Shown here: piece by piece, positions 17,261 to 26,415 of the stretch
Layout: each line of letters begins with the position of its first letter
How positions within the stretch are numbered: the first letter of the stretch is position 1
NCBI GenBank assembly: GCA_965219535.1
Contig: CBDCNV010000001.1
Coordinates: forward strand, 360,001 to 392,000
Source: Opitutales bacterium
Lineage (GTDB): Bacteria > Verrucomicrobiota > Verrucomicrobiia > Opitutales > PNEW01
DNA length: 32,000 nucleotides
Direction: 5' to 3'
Notes under the pieces: generated by a model
Database searches by the model: none
What the model was told of the DNA's origin: nothing
Seen by the model: only the letters and a program-made list of their open reading frames with translations
Translations under genes and position numbers: made by a program

Positions 17261-19207
17261 TCATTGTTTAATATATATCTGTTCGTTGTAGAGCGAGCGG
17301 CCCCATCCTCGATAGACATAGGCGTGTGTGCTTGTCCAGGGGACATTACCGAGGCGTGTGTGTGCGCCCCACACAAAGTACGTAGAGCCAGCAACGATAA
17401 CGGGAATGTTATCGGTATGAAGGTCGCGAAGGCGGATCATATACTCGCTGACGGCGGCCGGATCGACAGTGGTGAGTACGCGTTCGACATTACGGGTTGC
17501 TTCATGTAACCAATCAGGGCCCTCTTTATGCGCATTACGATGCCAATAGGGAGTCATTGGGCTCGAAATTGCCCACATAAACATTTGGCCGAGAGGATCG
17601 GTATGGCCAGATTGTCCCCAGTGATGGATATCAAATTCGCCGCTCAACCAGCGAGCTGAGATGAGTTCTCTGAGCATTGGATTAAGGTTGGCCTTAATGC
17701 CAATTTTTCCCCAATGTTCAGAAACAAGTTCGCAGACATCGACACCTATTTTTTGTGTAGAAGTTACATTAATATTCATCTCAAACCGGGTTCCATCTTT
17801 GAATTCGCGAATCCCGTCACCATCCGAATCACGATACCCTGCCTCTTCCAGTAAGGAGCGAGATTTAGCAGGATCGTATTCGGAATATTTCATGTGGGCT
17901 TCCTTTGAATAATAAGGATTGGGTGGGCCGAAAGAATATCCAGACGGGTCGAATATACCGAAATATATAATTTCTTTAATTTCTTCCCGGTTGATAGCGT
18001 GCGATAAGGCCATCCGCACGTTCTTATTCCGGAAAGCCTCTCGAAGCATGGGATTATGCGCATCCCAGTTGAGGTAGAAAGCGGGGCCACCAATAGGGCC
18101 AGATACGCGAAGATTAAACCTCCCTTTTTGTTCTTCCGATTTAAGCGTGGGATACATGTCCATCTGAAAATATCTTCCGAAAAGATCGAGTTCACTATTG
18201 ATAAAGTTCAGAAGCAGAACTTTAGGATCCTGAATGATTTCAAAAGTGTACCGGTCAGCGTAGGGCAGCTGGTTTCCCTCACTGTCAATCTTCCAGTAAT
18301 AAGGGTTTCGTTCATAAACGATGCGCTGACCGCGCACCCATTCCACCGGTACCCACGCCGAGAGCCGGGGTAGACCCGGCCGCATGACCAGCTGAGCGCT
18401 CGTCGTGAGATCGCGAAAGTCCTTGTAATTGGCTTCGGGGTTGTATTTCGGGTGATGTCTGGCGAGAATGTGTTTGGGGTAGGCAATGTCTTCGTGACTG
18501 AGCGCCCTGCGGACTCGTCCGAGTGGTTTGGGAGAGGAAATTTTCAGGGTGAGATCATCAATCTTTTCTAATTTTATCGGTTCGCCATCCACTTGCCAAT
18601 AGGGTGGCGGTATTGGTGGCGTGCTTCGCGCGCTGTCATTAAAGGCCATGTCGTAATACCAGAAGAGAATATCGTCGACCGTGAAAGGGACACCGTCCGA
18701 CCACTTAGCCCCTTTTCGTATATTCACAATGGCCGTTTTTCCATCGTCTGATAATTCGAAGTGATCTGCGAGATTGAGTTGGATACTTTTTGGAGGGTAG
18801 GGACGTTCATAGCCCATCAGGTTATCATTGAAGGCCTTGACTGGGCCTTGTGTTTGGGCGATGTCACTGGTAAGAGCACGGCGAATGGTGCCCCCGTATT
18901 GACCAATTTCTTCCAGGGGTACGACGACCAGCGGATTGTCCGGCAATCGTTCACTGACCGGTGGCAGTTCACCGGCTTTAACTTTCGCGGCCAACATCGG
19001 CGCCTCTTTAAAGCTGCGGTTGGCGATTATCGCGGGGTCAATTTTTAATGGAGCACTGGTTATTATTTCGCGATGAGTAATCTTCTCTTCCTTCTCGGTT
19101 TCGGTAAGGGGTTCAAGATCGGGGTCAGACGCTAAACAACCGAACAGCATTAGGGCGAGAACCAGAGACAGGATCGCAGGTAAAATTCGTCGATACATAG
19201 TATCCAT
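17261..19207 (-). CDS. Family-5 (peptide/nickel/opine type) ABC substrate-binding lipoprotein, paralog 1
   Basis: It has the lipobox LFGC followed by an acidic linker. The AKVKAGELPPVSERLP and WSDGVPFT motifs are typical of SBP_bac_5. It is 648 aa and sits immediately upstream of the permease genes. Confidence 0.9.
   Translation of the reverse strand: MDTMYRRILPAILSLVLALMLFGCLASDPDLEPLTETEKEEKITHREIITSAPLKIDPAIIANRSFKEAPMLAAKVKAGELPPVSERLPDNPLVVVPLEEIGQYGGTIRRALTSDIAQTQGPVKAFNDNLMGYERPYPPKSIQLNLADHFELSDDGKTAIVNIRKGAKWSDGVPFTVDDILFWYYDMAFNDSARSTPPIPPPYWQVDGEPIKLEKIDDLTLKISSPKPLGRVRRALSHEDIAYPKHILARHHPKYNPEANYKDFRDLTTSAQLVMRPGLPRLSAWVPVEWVRGQRIVYERNPYYWKIDSEGNQLPYADRYTFEIIQDPKVLLLNFINSELDLFGRYFQMDMYPTLKSEEQKGRFNLRVSGPIGGPAFYLNWDAHNPMLREAFRNKNVRMALSHAINREEIKEIIYFGIFDPSGYSFGPPNPYYSKEAHMKYSEYDPAKSRSLLEEAGYRDSDGDGIREFKDGTRFEMNINVTSTQKIGVDVCELVSEHWGKIGIKANLNPMLRELISARWLSGEFDIHHWGQSGHTDPLGQMFMWAISSPMTPYWHRNAHKEGPDWLHEATRNVERVLTTVDPAAVSEYMIRLRDLHTDNIPVIVAGSTYFVWGAHTRLGNVPWTSTHAYVYRGWGRSLYNEQIYIKQ
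18000..18184. repeat. 185-bp tract identical to 21930..22114 (offset 3930 bp)
   Basis: This tract is identical by eye between paralogs 1 and 3. It encodes RFNLRVSGPIGGPAFYLNWDAHNPMLREAFRNKNVRMALSHA. Over the same interval paralog 2, otherwise the closest relative of paralog 1, differs at many positions. Confidence 0.8.
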
Positions 19208-19279
19208 TCTCGTCCGAAATAGTGTTTATTGTCTGATGTAAATCTGCTCGTTATAAAGTGAGCGACCCCACCCCCGGTA
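18792..19279. repeat. 488-bp tract identical to 22725..23212 (offset 3933 bp)
   Basis: My base-by-base comparison by eye found no mismatch. The tract covers the first ~416 bp of paralog 1 (and of paralog 3), the 18-bp intergenic spacer, and the last 54 bp of paralog 2 (and of paralog 4). Confidence 0.85.
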
Positions 19280-21163
19280 GATATAGGCGTAGGTACTTGT
19301 CCAGGGGACATTGCCAAGGCGTATGTGCGCCCCCCACACAAAGTAAGTCGAGCCAGTAACGATAACCGGAATGTTATCCGTATGAAGGTCTCGAATTCGG
19401 ATCATATACTCGCGGACTTTGGCCGGATCGACGGTGGTGAGGACTAATTCGATATAACGGGTTGCTTCGTGTAACCATTCCGGCCCCTCTTTATGTGCAT
19501 TACGATGCCAATAGGGCGCCGTTGGTCAGGTAATCGCCCAATTAAATAATTGGTCGAGAGGATCGGTATGGCCTCCTTGTCCCCAGTGATGGATATCAAA
19601 TTCGCCGCTTAAATAACGAGGTGAGATTAATTCTCTCAGCATTGGATTGAGGTTGGCCTTAATTCCTATATTTTCCCAATGTTCAGAAACAAGCTCGCAG
19701 ACATCGACACCAATTTTTTGGGTTGAAGTTACATTAATATTCATTTCAAACCGGGATCCATCTTTGAACTCGCGAAACCCGTCCCCATCCGTATCGCGAT
19801 ACCCTGACTTTTCCAGTAAAGCGCGTGATTTATCAGGATCGTATTCGGAATATTTCATGTGGGCTTCCTTTGAATAATAAGGATTGGGTGGACCGAAAGA
19901 GTAACCAGACGGGTCGAATATACCGAAATATATAATCTCTTTGATTTCTTCCCGGTTGATCGCATGCGATAAAGCGATGCGCACATTTATGTTTCGAAAT
20001 GCTTCCCGCAGCGAGGGATTAGGTGCGTCCCAATTAAGGTAGAAAGCAGGGCCAGATATAGGACCAGATACACGAAGTTTAAAACGTCCTTTTTGTTCTT
20101 CCGATTTAAGCGTGGGATACATGTCCATCTGAAAATATCTTCCGAAAAGATCGAGTTCACTATTAATAAAATTCAGGAGCAGAACTTTAGGGTTCTGAAT
20201 GATTTCAAAGGTGTACCTATCAGCGTAGGGTAGCTGGTTCCCCGCACTGTCAATCTTCCAGTAATAAGGATTTCGCTCATAAACGATGCGTTGACCGCGC
20301 ACCCATTCCACCGGAACCCACGCCGAGAGCCGGGGCAAACCCGGCCGCATGACGAGTTGGGCGCTCGTCGTGAGATCGCGAAAATCTTTGTAATTGGCAT
20401 CGGGATTATATTTCGGGTGGTGCTTGGCGAGGATGTGTTTGGGGTAGGCAATGTCTTCGTGGCTGAGGGCCTGGCGAACCCTCCCTAACGGTTTTGGTGA
20501 GGAAATCTTTAGCGTGTGATCATCGATCTTTTCTAATTTAATCGGTTTACCATCCACTTGCCAATAGGGTGGCGGAATCGGGGGAGTGCTACGCGCGCTG
20601 TCATTAAAGACCATGTCATAGTACCAAAAAAGAATATCGTCGATGGTGAAGGGGACACCGTCCGACCACTTTACACCTTTTCGTATATTTACAATGGCCG
20701 TTTTTCCATCGTCTGATAATTCGAAGTGATCTGCGAGATTGAGTTGAATACTTTTTGGAGGGTAGGGGCGTTCATAGCCCATCAAGTTATCATTGAAGGC
20801 CTTGACTGGGCCTTGTGTTTGGGCGATGTCACTGACAAGAGCACGGCGAATAGTTCCCCCGTATTGACCAATTTCTTCCAGGGGTACGACGACCAGGGGA
20901 TTATCCGGCAATCGTTCACTGACCGGTGGCAGTTCACCGGCTTTAACTTTCGCGGCTGACATCGGCGCCTCTTTAAAGCTGCGCTCAGCGATTATCTCGG
21001 GGTCAATTTTTAATGGAGCACTGGTTATTATTTCGCGATGAGTAATCTTCTCTTCCTTCTCGGTTTCGGTAAGGGGTTCAAGATCGGGGTCAGACGCTAA
21101 ACAACCGAACATCATTAGGGCGAGAACCAGAGACAGGATCGCATCTATAATTCGTCGCTGCAT
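19226..21163 (-). pseudogene. Family-5 substrate-binding lipoprotein, paralog 2, interrupted by an in-frame TGA at 19526..19528
   Basis: The track ORF 19526..21163 (545 aa) ends at a TGA. The same frame continues for about 100 further codons (PTAPYWHRNAHKEGPEWL...GWGRSLYNEQIYIRQ) to a TAA at 19226..19228. It stays collinear with the C-termini of the other three paralogs. Confidence 0.6.
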
Positions 21164-21190
21164 ATGATCGTTTCTTGCGCCTATTATAGC

Positions 21191-23140
21191 TTATGGTTTA
21201 ATGTAAATCTGCTCGTTAAAAAGTGAGCGATCCCATCCCCGGTAAACATAAGCATTGGTGCTTGTCCAGGGCACATTACCCAGGCGGGAGTTAGCTCCCC
21301 ACACAAAATATTCTGAACCTACGACAATAACCGGAATGTTATCAGTATGCAGATCGCGAATGAGGTTCATATATCCACGGAGTTCGGCCGCATCGACGGT
21401 GGTGACAGCTAACTTGATATAACGCGTAACATCATCTAACCATTCCGGCCCCTCTTTTTGGGCATTCCGGTGCCAGAAGGGGACCGTTGGGCCCATTATT
21501 GCCCAGTCAAACATGCGGCCAAGGATGTCGGTGTGTCCTTCTTGTTCCCAGTGGTGAATGTCAAACTCGCCATTTAAACGGCGGGGCCAAATGATGTCCC
21601 TTAGAACAGGATTTAAATTAGCATTAATTCCGATTTTTTTCCAATGTTCCGTAACAAGCTCGCAGACATCGACCCCAATTTTTTGTGAAGATGTCACATC
21701 GATAGTAAACTCAAAGCGAGATCTATCTTTCAGCTCGCGAAATCCATCACTGTCCGTATCACCATACCCTTCCCTATCCAGTAGTTCACGTGCTAAATCC
21801 GGATTATATTCGGAATATTTCTTGTAGACTTCCTCGGAAAAATAAGGATCAGGGGGTCCAAATGAATAAACGGATGGTTCAAGGAGACCAAAATAAACAA
21901 TTTCTTTAATTTCTTCCCGGTTGATTGCATGCGATAAGGCCATCCGCACGTTCTTATTCCGGAAAGCCTCTCGAAGCATGGGATTATGCGCATCCCAGTT
22001 GAGGTAGAAAGCGGGGCCACCAATAGGGCCAGATACGCGAAGATTAAACCTCCCTTTTTGTTCTTCCGATTTAAGCGTGGGATACATGTCCATCTGAAAA
22101 TATCTTCCGAAAAGTTCATATTCACTATTGATGAATTTCAGAAGAATGACTTTGGGATCCTGAATGATATCAAATGTGTAGCGGTCTGCATAGGGCAACT
22201 GGTTTCCCTCACTATCAACTTTCCAGTAATAAGGGTTGCGTTCATAGACGATACGCTGGCCGCGCACCCACTCCACGGGAACCCATGCTGAAAGCCGGGG
22301 CAATTTCGGTTCCATGATAAGTTGTGAGTCGGTCGTAAGATCACGAAAGTCTTTGTAGTTGGCGTCCGGATTATATTTGGGGTGATGTTTGGCGAGGATG
22401 TGTTTGGGGTAAGCGATCTCTTCGTGGCTGAGGGCCTGGCGAACCCTTCCCAACGGTTTAGGAGAGAATATCTTGAGTGTATGGTCATTGATCTTTTCTA
22501 ATTTTATTGGATTGCCATCGACTTGCCAGTGGGTTGGCGGGATGGGGCGCGTTTCTCGCCGCGCGCTATTGTTAAATTCCATATCGTAGTACCAGAAAAG
22601 AATGTCGTCGACGGTGAAAGGGACACCGTCCGACCACTTGACACCTTTTCGTATACTGACGATCGCTGTTTTTCCGTCGTCGGAGATTTCGAAATGATCA
22701 GCGAGATTAAGCTGGATGCTTTTAGGAGGGTAGGGACGTTCATAGCCCATCAGGTTATCATTGAAGGCCTTGACTGGGCCTTGTGTTTGGGCGATGTCAC
22801 TGGTAAGAGCACGGCGAATGGTGCCCCCGTATTGACCAATTTCTTCCAGGGGTACGACGACCAGCGGATTGTCCGGCAATCGTTCACTGACCGGTGGCAG
22901 TTCACCGGCTTTAACTTTCGCGGCCAACATCGGCGCCTCTTTAAAGCTGCGGTTGGCGATTATCGCGGGGTCAATTTTTAATGGAGCACTGGTTATTATT
23001 TCGCGATGAGTAATCTTCTCTTCCTTCTCGGTTTCGGTAAGGGGTTCAAGATCGGGGTCAGACGCTAAACAACCGAACAGCATTAGGGCGAGAACCAGAG
23101 ACAGGATCGCAGGTAAAATTCGTCGATACATAGTATCCAT
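21191..23140 (-). CDS. Family-5 ABC substrate-binding lipoprotein, paralog 3
   Basis: It is 649 aa. The N-terminal ~139 residues are encoded by DNA identical to paralog 1. The central and C-terminal parts are closest to paralog 4. Confidence 0.9.
   Translation of the reverse strand: MDTMYRRILPAILSLVLALMLFGCLASDPDLEPLTETEKEEKITHREIITSAPLKIDPAIIANRSFKEAPMLAAKVKAGELPPVSERLPDNPLVVVPLEEIGQYGGTIRRALTSDIAQTQGPVKAFNDNLMGYERPYPPKSIQLNLADHFEISDDGKTAIVSIRKGVKWSDGVPFTVDDILFWYYDMEFNNSARRETRPIPPTHWQVDGNPIKLEKINDHTLKIFSPKPLGRVRQALSHEEIAYPKHILAKHHPKYNPDANYKDFRDLTTDSQLIMEPKLPRLSAWVPVEWVRGQRIVYERNPYYWKVDSEGNQLPYADRYTFDIIQDPKVILLKFINSEYELFGRYFQMDMYPTLKSEEQKGRFNLRVSGPIGGPAFYLNWDAHNPMLREAFRNKNVRMALSHAINREEIKEIVYFGLLEPSVYSFGPPDPYFSEEVYKKYSEYNPDLARELLDREGYGDTDSDGFRELKDRSRFEFTIDVTSSQKIGVDVCELVTEHWKKIGINANLNPVLRDIIWPRRLNGEFDIHHWEQEGHTDILGRMFDWAIMGPTVPFWHRNAQKEGPEWLDDVTRYIKLAVTTVDAAELRGYMNLIRDLHTDNIPVIVVGSEYFVWGANSRLGNVPWTSTNAYVYRGWDRSLFNEQIYIKP
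21930..22114. repeat. 185-bp tract identical to 18000..18184
   Basis: This is the partner copy of the tract above. Confidence 0.8.
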
Positions 23141-23212
23141 TCTCGTCCGAAATAGTGTTTATTGTCTGATGTAAATCTGCTCGTTATAAAGTGAGCGACC
23201 CCACCCCCGGTA
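22725..23212. repeat. 488-bp tract identical to 18792..19279
   Basis: This is the partner copy of the tract above. Identity ends at single mismatches on both sides (18791 T vs 22724 A; 19280 G vs 23213 A). Confidence 0.85.
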
Positions 23213-25108
23213 AACATAAGCATTGGTGCTTGTCCAGGGCACATTACCGAGGCGGGAACTGGCACCCCAAACAAAATAAGCCGAGCCGACAACAATAACG
23301 GGAATGTTATCTGTATGCAGGTCGCGAATGTGATTCATATATCCGCGGAGCTTGGCTGCATCGACGGTGGTTATAGCTAAATTGATATAACGCGTAGCCT
23401 CGTGTAACCATTCCGGGCCCTCTTGTTGGGCATTTCGGTGCCAGAAGGGGAAAATCGAGCCCGTTATTCCATAGTCAAACATGCGGCCGAGAATGTCAGT
23501 GTGTCCTTCTTGAACCCAGGTGTGAACGTCAAATTCGCCGTTTAAACGGCGGGGAATATTGATGTCCCTTAGAGCAGGATTCAAATTAGCCTTAATTCCG
23601 ATTGCTTTCCAATGTTCCGAAACCAGTTCGCAGACATCGACGGCAATCTTTTGCGATGAAGTCACATCAATATTAAGCTCAAAGCGAGATCCATCTTTCA
23701 GCTCGCGAAACCCATCACCGTCAGTATCACGATAACCCTCCCTGTCCAGTAGTTCGCGTGCCAATTCTGGATTATATTCAGAATATTTTTTATAAACTTT
23801 CTCGGAAAAATAAGGATCAAGGGGTCCGAATGAATAACCGGATGGTAGAAGGAGACCAAAATAAATAATTTCTTTAATTTCTTCACGGTTGATAGCGTGA
23901 GAAAGTCCCATTCGCACATTTTTATTCCGGAATGCCTCGCGAAGCATGGGATTGTGCGCATCCCAGTTGAGATAGTAGGCCTGGGCGCCTATAGGACCGG
24001 ATACGCGAAGTTTAAATCTCCCTTTTATCTCTTCCGATTTAAGCGTGGGATACATGTCCATTTGAAAATACCTTCCAAAGAGGTCAAATTCTCTATTGAT
24101 GAATTTCAGAAGTATGACTTTTGGATCTTGAATGATATCAAAAGTGTAGCGGTCTGCATAGGGCAGCTGGTTTCCCGCGCTATCAACTTTCCAGTAATAA
24201 GGATTACGTTCATATACGATGCGCTGGCCGCGAATCCACTCCACGGGAACCCAGGCCGAAAGCCGGGGTAAGTCGGGTTCCATGATAAGTTGTGAGTCGG
24301 TCGTGAGATCACGAAAGTCTTTGTAGTTGGCCTCCGGGTTATATTTGGGGTGATGTTTGGCGAGGATGTGTTTGGGGTAAGCAATCTCTTCGTGGCTGAG
24401 GGCTTGTCGCACCCTCCCTAACGGTTTTGGAGAGGATATCTTTAGCGTGTGATCATCGATCTTTTCAAATTTAATAGGTTTGCCATCGACTCGCCAGTGA
24501 GCGGGCGGTATGGGGCGTGTCGCACGACGCGCGTCATCGTTAAATTCCATGTCATAATACCAGAAGAGTATGTCGTCGACGGTGAAGGGGACACCGTCCG
24601 ACCACTTGACCCCTTTTCGTATTCTCGCGATTGCGGTTTTTCCGTCAACGGAGAGATCAAAGCTTTCTGCCAAGTTAAGTTGAATACTTTTTGGAGGGTA
24701 GGGGCGTTCATAGCCCATAAGATTATCATTGAAGGCTTTCACTGGTCCTTGCGTCTGTATAACATCACCTGTGAGCGCGCGGCGAATGGTGCCGCCGTAA
24801 GTACCAATTTCTTCGAGCGGGACGACAACAAGCGGATTATCAGGAAGTCGTTCACTAACCGGAGGCAAATCACCAGCTTTAACTTTCGCGGCCAGCATCG
24901 GTGCCTCATGAAACGCGCGAGTGGCAAGGATCATCGGGTCGATGCTTGCGGGCGCGGTTGTTTTTACTTCGCGGTAAGAAGACTGCTCTTCCCTCTCGAC
25001 TTCAACCAGGGGTTCGAGATCGGGGTCAGGCGCTAAACAGCCGGTTATAATTATGCTGAGTATTATGGATGATAAAAAGGTAAGCTTTTTATTATCCAAC
25101 TTGATCAC
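23159..25108 (-). CDS. Family-5 ABC substrate-binding lipoprotein, paralog 4
   Basis: It is 649 aa with a GTG start and the lipobox ITGC. It has the most divergent N-terminus of the four and the same family motifs. Confidence 0.9.
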   Translation of the reverse strand: MIKLDNKKLTFLSSIILSIIITGCLAPDPDLEPLVEVEREEQSSYREVKTTAPASIDPMILATRAFHEAPMLAAKVKAGDLPPVSERLPDNPLVVVPLEEIGTYGGTIRRALTGDVIQTQGPVKAFNDNLMGYERPYPPKSIQLNLAESFDLSVDGKTAIARIRKGVKWSDGVPFTVDDILFWYYDMEFNDDARRATRPIPPAHWRVDGKPIKFEKIDDHTLKISSPKPLGRVRQALSHEEIAYPKHILAKHHPKYNPEANYKDFRDLTTDSQLIMEPDLPRLSAWVPVEWIRGQRIVYERNPYYWKVDSAGNQLPYADRYTFDIIQDPKVILLKFINREFDLFGRYFQMDMYPTLKSEEIKGRFKLRVSGPIGAQAYYLNWDAHNPMLREAFRNKNVRMGLSHAINREEIKEIIYFGLLLPSGYSFGPLDPYFSEKVYKKYSEYNPELARELLDREGYRDTDGDGFRELKDGSRFELNIDVTSSQKIAVDVCELVSEHWKAIGIKANLNPALRDINIPRRLNGEFDVHTWVQEGHTDILGRMFDYGITGSIFPFWHRNAQQEGPEWLHEATRYINLAITTVDAAKLRGYMNHIRDLHTDNIPVIVVGSAYFVWGASSRLGNVPWTSTNAYVYRGWGRSLYNEQIYIRQ

Positions 25109-25157
25109 GTTAAAGTTCGGTACTATCGCGCTAACTTCTAAATTGGGTTTAAAGATT

Positions 25158-26351
25158 TTATTCGATTATGTAGAGTTCACGTCCTGTTGTGCTCAACGCT
25201 TCACAACCCTCTTTTGTAATGACGATGTCATCTTCGAGAGCGACACAACCCATATTATTTATCATCGTCGCCAATTCGATAGCTAAAGTCATGCCCGGTT
25301 CCATTGTTATCGGATTACCATCTTTCAGGAAAGGCAATTCATGAATGTCGCGCCCCACGCCATGCCCGACAATTGTTAAAAAGTTTTCAAGCCCTTCATT
25401 TTCAATGACAGTATTTCCGACTGTAAAAAGATGACCAGCAGTAACGCCCGGTCGCGCGGCTTCAACCACGGCTTCCAATGCCTTTCGCATCCCACGGTGC
25501 GTTTTCAGGAGCTCGGTTGATGGCTCACCTAATACACTGACCCGCGATATATCACTCTGATAATGTTTGTAGCTGGCACCCACATCCAACCTTAAGATTT
25601 CACCGCGCTTTACCGGTGTGCTATTAGGACAGATAACTTGCGCGCCACTGGGGCCTACATTAGTATGCAGCCACTCATGCCGCACTCCCTCTTCATAGTG
25701 GGTAGCACCGACGATACGTTCCATGTCCAGACCGGTTGTCCCCTCCTCAATTGTTTTAAATGCAGCTTCAATCGCTTTTTCTGTTGCCTTGGCGGCGATG
25801 CGCATGCGCCGAACTTCTTCTTCGGTTTTAACGATGCGCAATTCGTTTAGTAAGGGGTTCGCATCGACAAAAGTCGCTTCCGGTAAAAGGCTTTTTAATC
25901 GATGGTAGGGATCTACACCGAGGAAACGCATTTCAATACCGATCGTCCCGCGATCGAGGTTGCGGTCACGCAAGGCATCTATGGTAGCTTCAAGCGGATC
26001 ACTATAAATTTTGTTATAGGGTCCAAAGGGTGAATTCGATTCCCGGTTCGCGGTGCCGGGCCCCCAAAAGCGTTTATCTTCAATCCAGACCTCGGTATAA
26101 AACATGTCACCTTCTTCACCCCCGGTTCTGCAGGTAATAAAAGGATCCATTTTTCGGTCACTTGGTAGACCGACGATTAACTGGTAGGGGACTCCATCAT
26201 CGTCGGTCATATAGGAACCAAAACTTGAAACAATTTCATGTTTCCAGTGATCTGCGAGATAACCGCCATTGATTAAGCTGTGGGCGAGTATAATATCCAC
26301 ACCCTGAGACTTCATAAATTGTGATGCTTTTTCTTCGTCGAATAGTTTCAT
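25158..26351 (-). CDS. M24-family metallohydrolase with a creatinase/prolidase-type N-terminal domain (Xaa-Pro peptidase-like), paralog B
   Basis: The pita-bread fold motifs are LRLDVGASYKHYQSDISR, GHGVGRDIHELPF, GMTLAIELA and ALEDDIVIT. By eye all five D, D, H, E, E metal-ligand positions are present. Confidence 0.85.
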   Translation of the reverse strand: MKLFDEEKASQFMKSQGVDIILAHSLINGGYLADHWKHEIVSSFGSYMTDDDGVPYQLIVGLPSDRKMDPFITCRTGGEEGDMFYTEVWIEDKRFWGPGTANRESNSPFGPYNKIYSDPLEATIDALRDRNLDRGTIGIEMRFLGVDPYHRLKSLLPEATFVDANPLLNELRIVKTEEEVRRMRIAAKATEKAIEAAFKTIEEGTTGLDMERIVGATHYEEGVRHEWLHTNVGPSGAQVICPNSTPVKRGEILRLDVGASYKHYQSDISRVSVLGEPSTELLKTHRGMRKALEAVVEAARPGVTAGHLFTVGNTVIENEGLENFLTIVGHGVGRDIHELPFLKDGNPITMEPGMTLAIELATMINNMGCVALEDDIVITKEGCEALSTTGRELYIIE

Positions 26352-26415
26352 CCTACTATTTATTTATTCATTGAGTCGCATGGTGAATACCTTGTTTGGC
26401 CCTTTACTAATATCC

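Noticed and set aside
17116-17509. ORFs 17116..17394 (-) and 17144..17509 (+) in and around the SBP1/oppB-like spacer
   Set aside because: Both mostly overlap the well-supported 3' end of SBP paralog 1 in other frames. Their products are low-complexity. I found no stable hairpin or motif in the 147-bp spacer itself.
19526-19528. The in-frame TGA in SBP paralog 2 as selenocysteine or as a reassigned sense codon
   Set aside because: TGA clearly terminates other genes here (shc at 1613..1615, SBP paralog 1 at 17261..17263). The aligned residue in the paralogs is Ser or Gly, not Cys. I see no SECIS-like stem-loop in the ~40 nt downstream on the mRNA strand.
22523-22981. Long plus-strand ORFs antisense to the SBP genes: 22523..22981, 24449..25036, 18761..19048, 20726..20959, 18056..18373 and 21986..22291
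   Set aside because: They are shadow ORFs on the opposite strand of strongly supported genes. They recur only because the underlying SBP genes are paralogs, and their products have no recognisable motifs.
17261-25108. The ~1.95-kb periodic repetition as a CRISPR-like or satellite repeat array
   Set aside because: The repeat unit is a full-length protein-coding SBP gene with its own signal peptide and stop. There are no short direct repeats with unique spacers.
12864-25108. The transporter/SBP region as a mobile or horizontally acquired island
   Set aside because: There is no integrase, transposase, tRNA attachment site, inverted terminal repeat or flanking direct repeat visible. The internal repeats are explained by paralogy and conversion.
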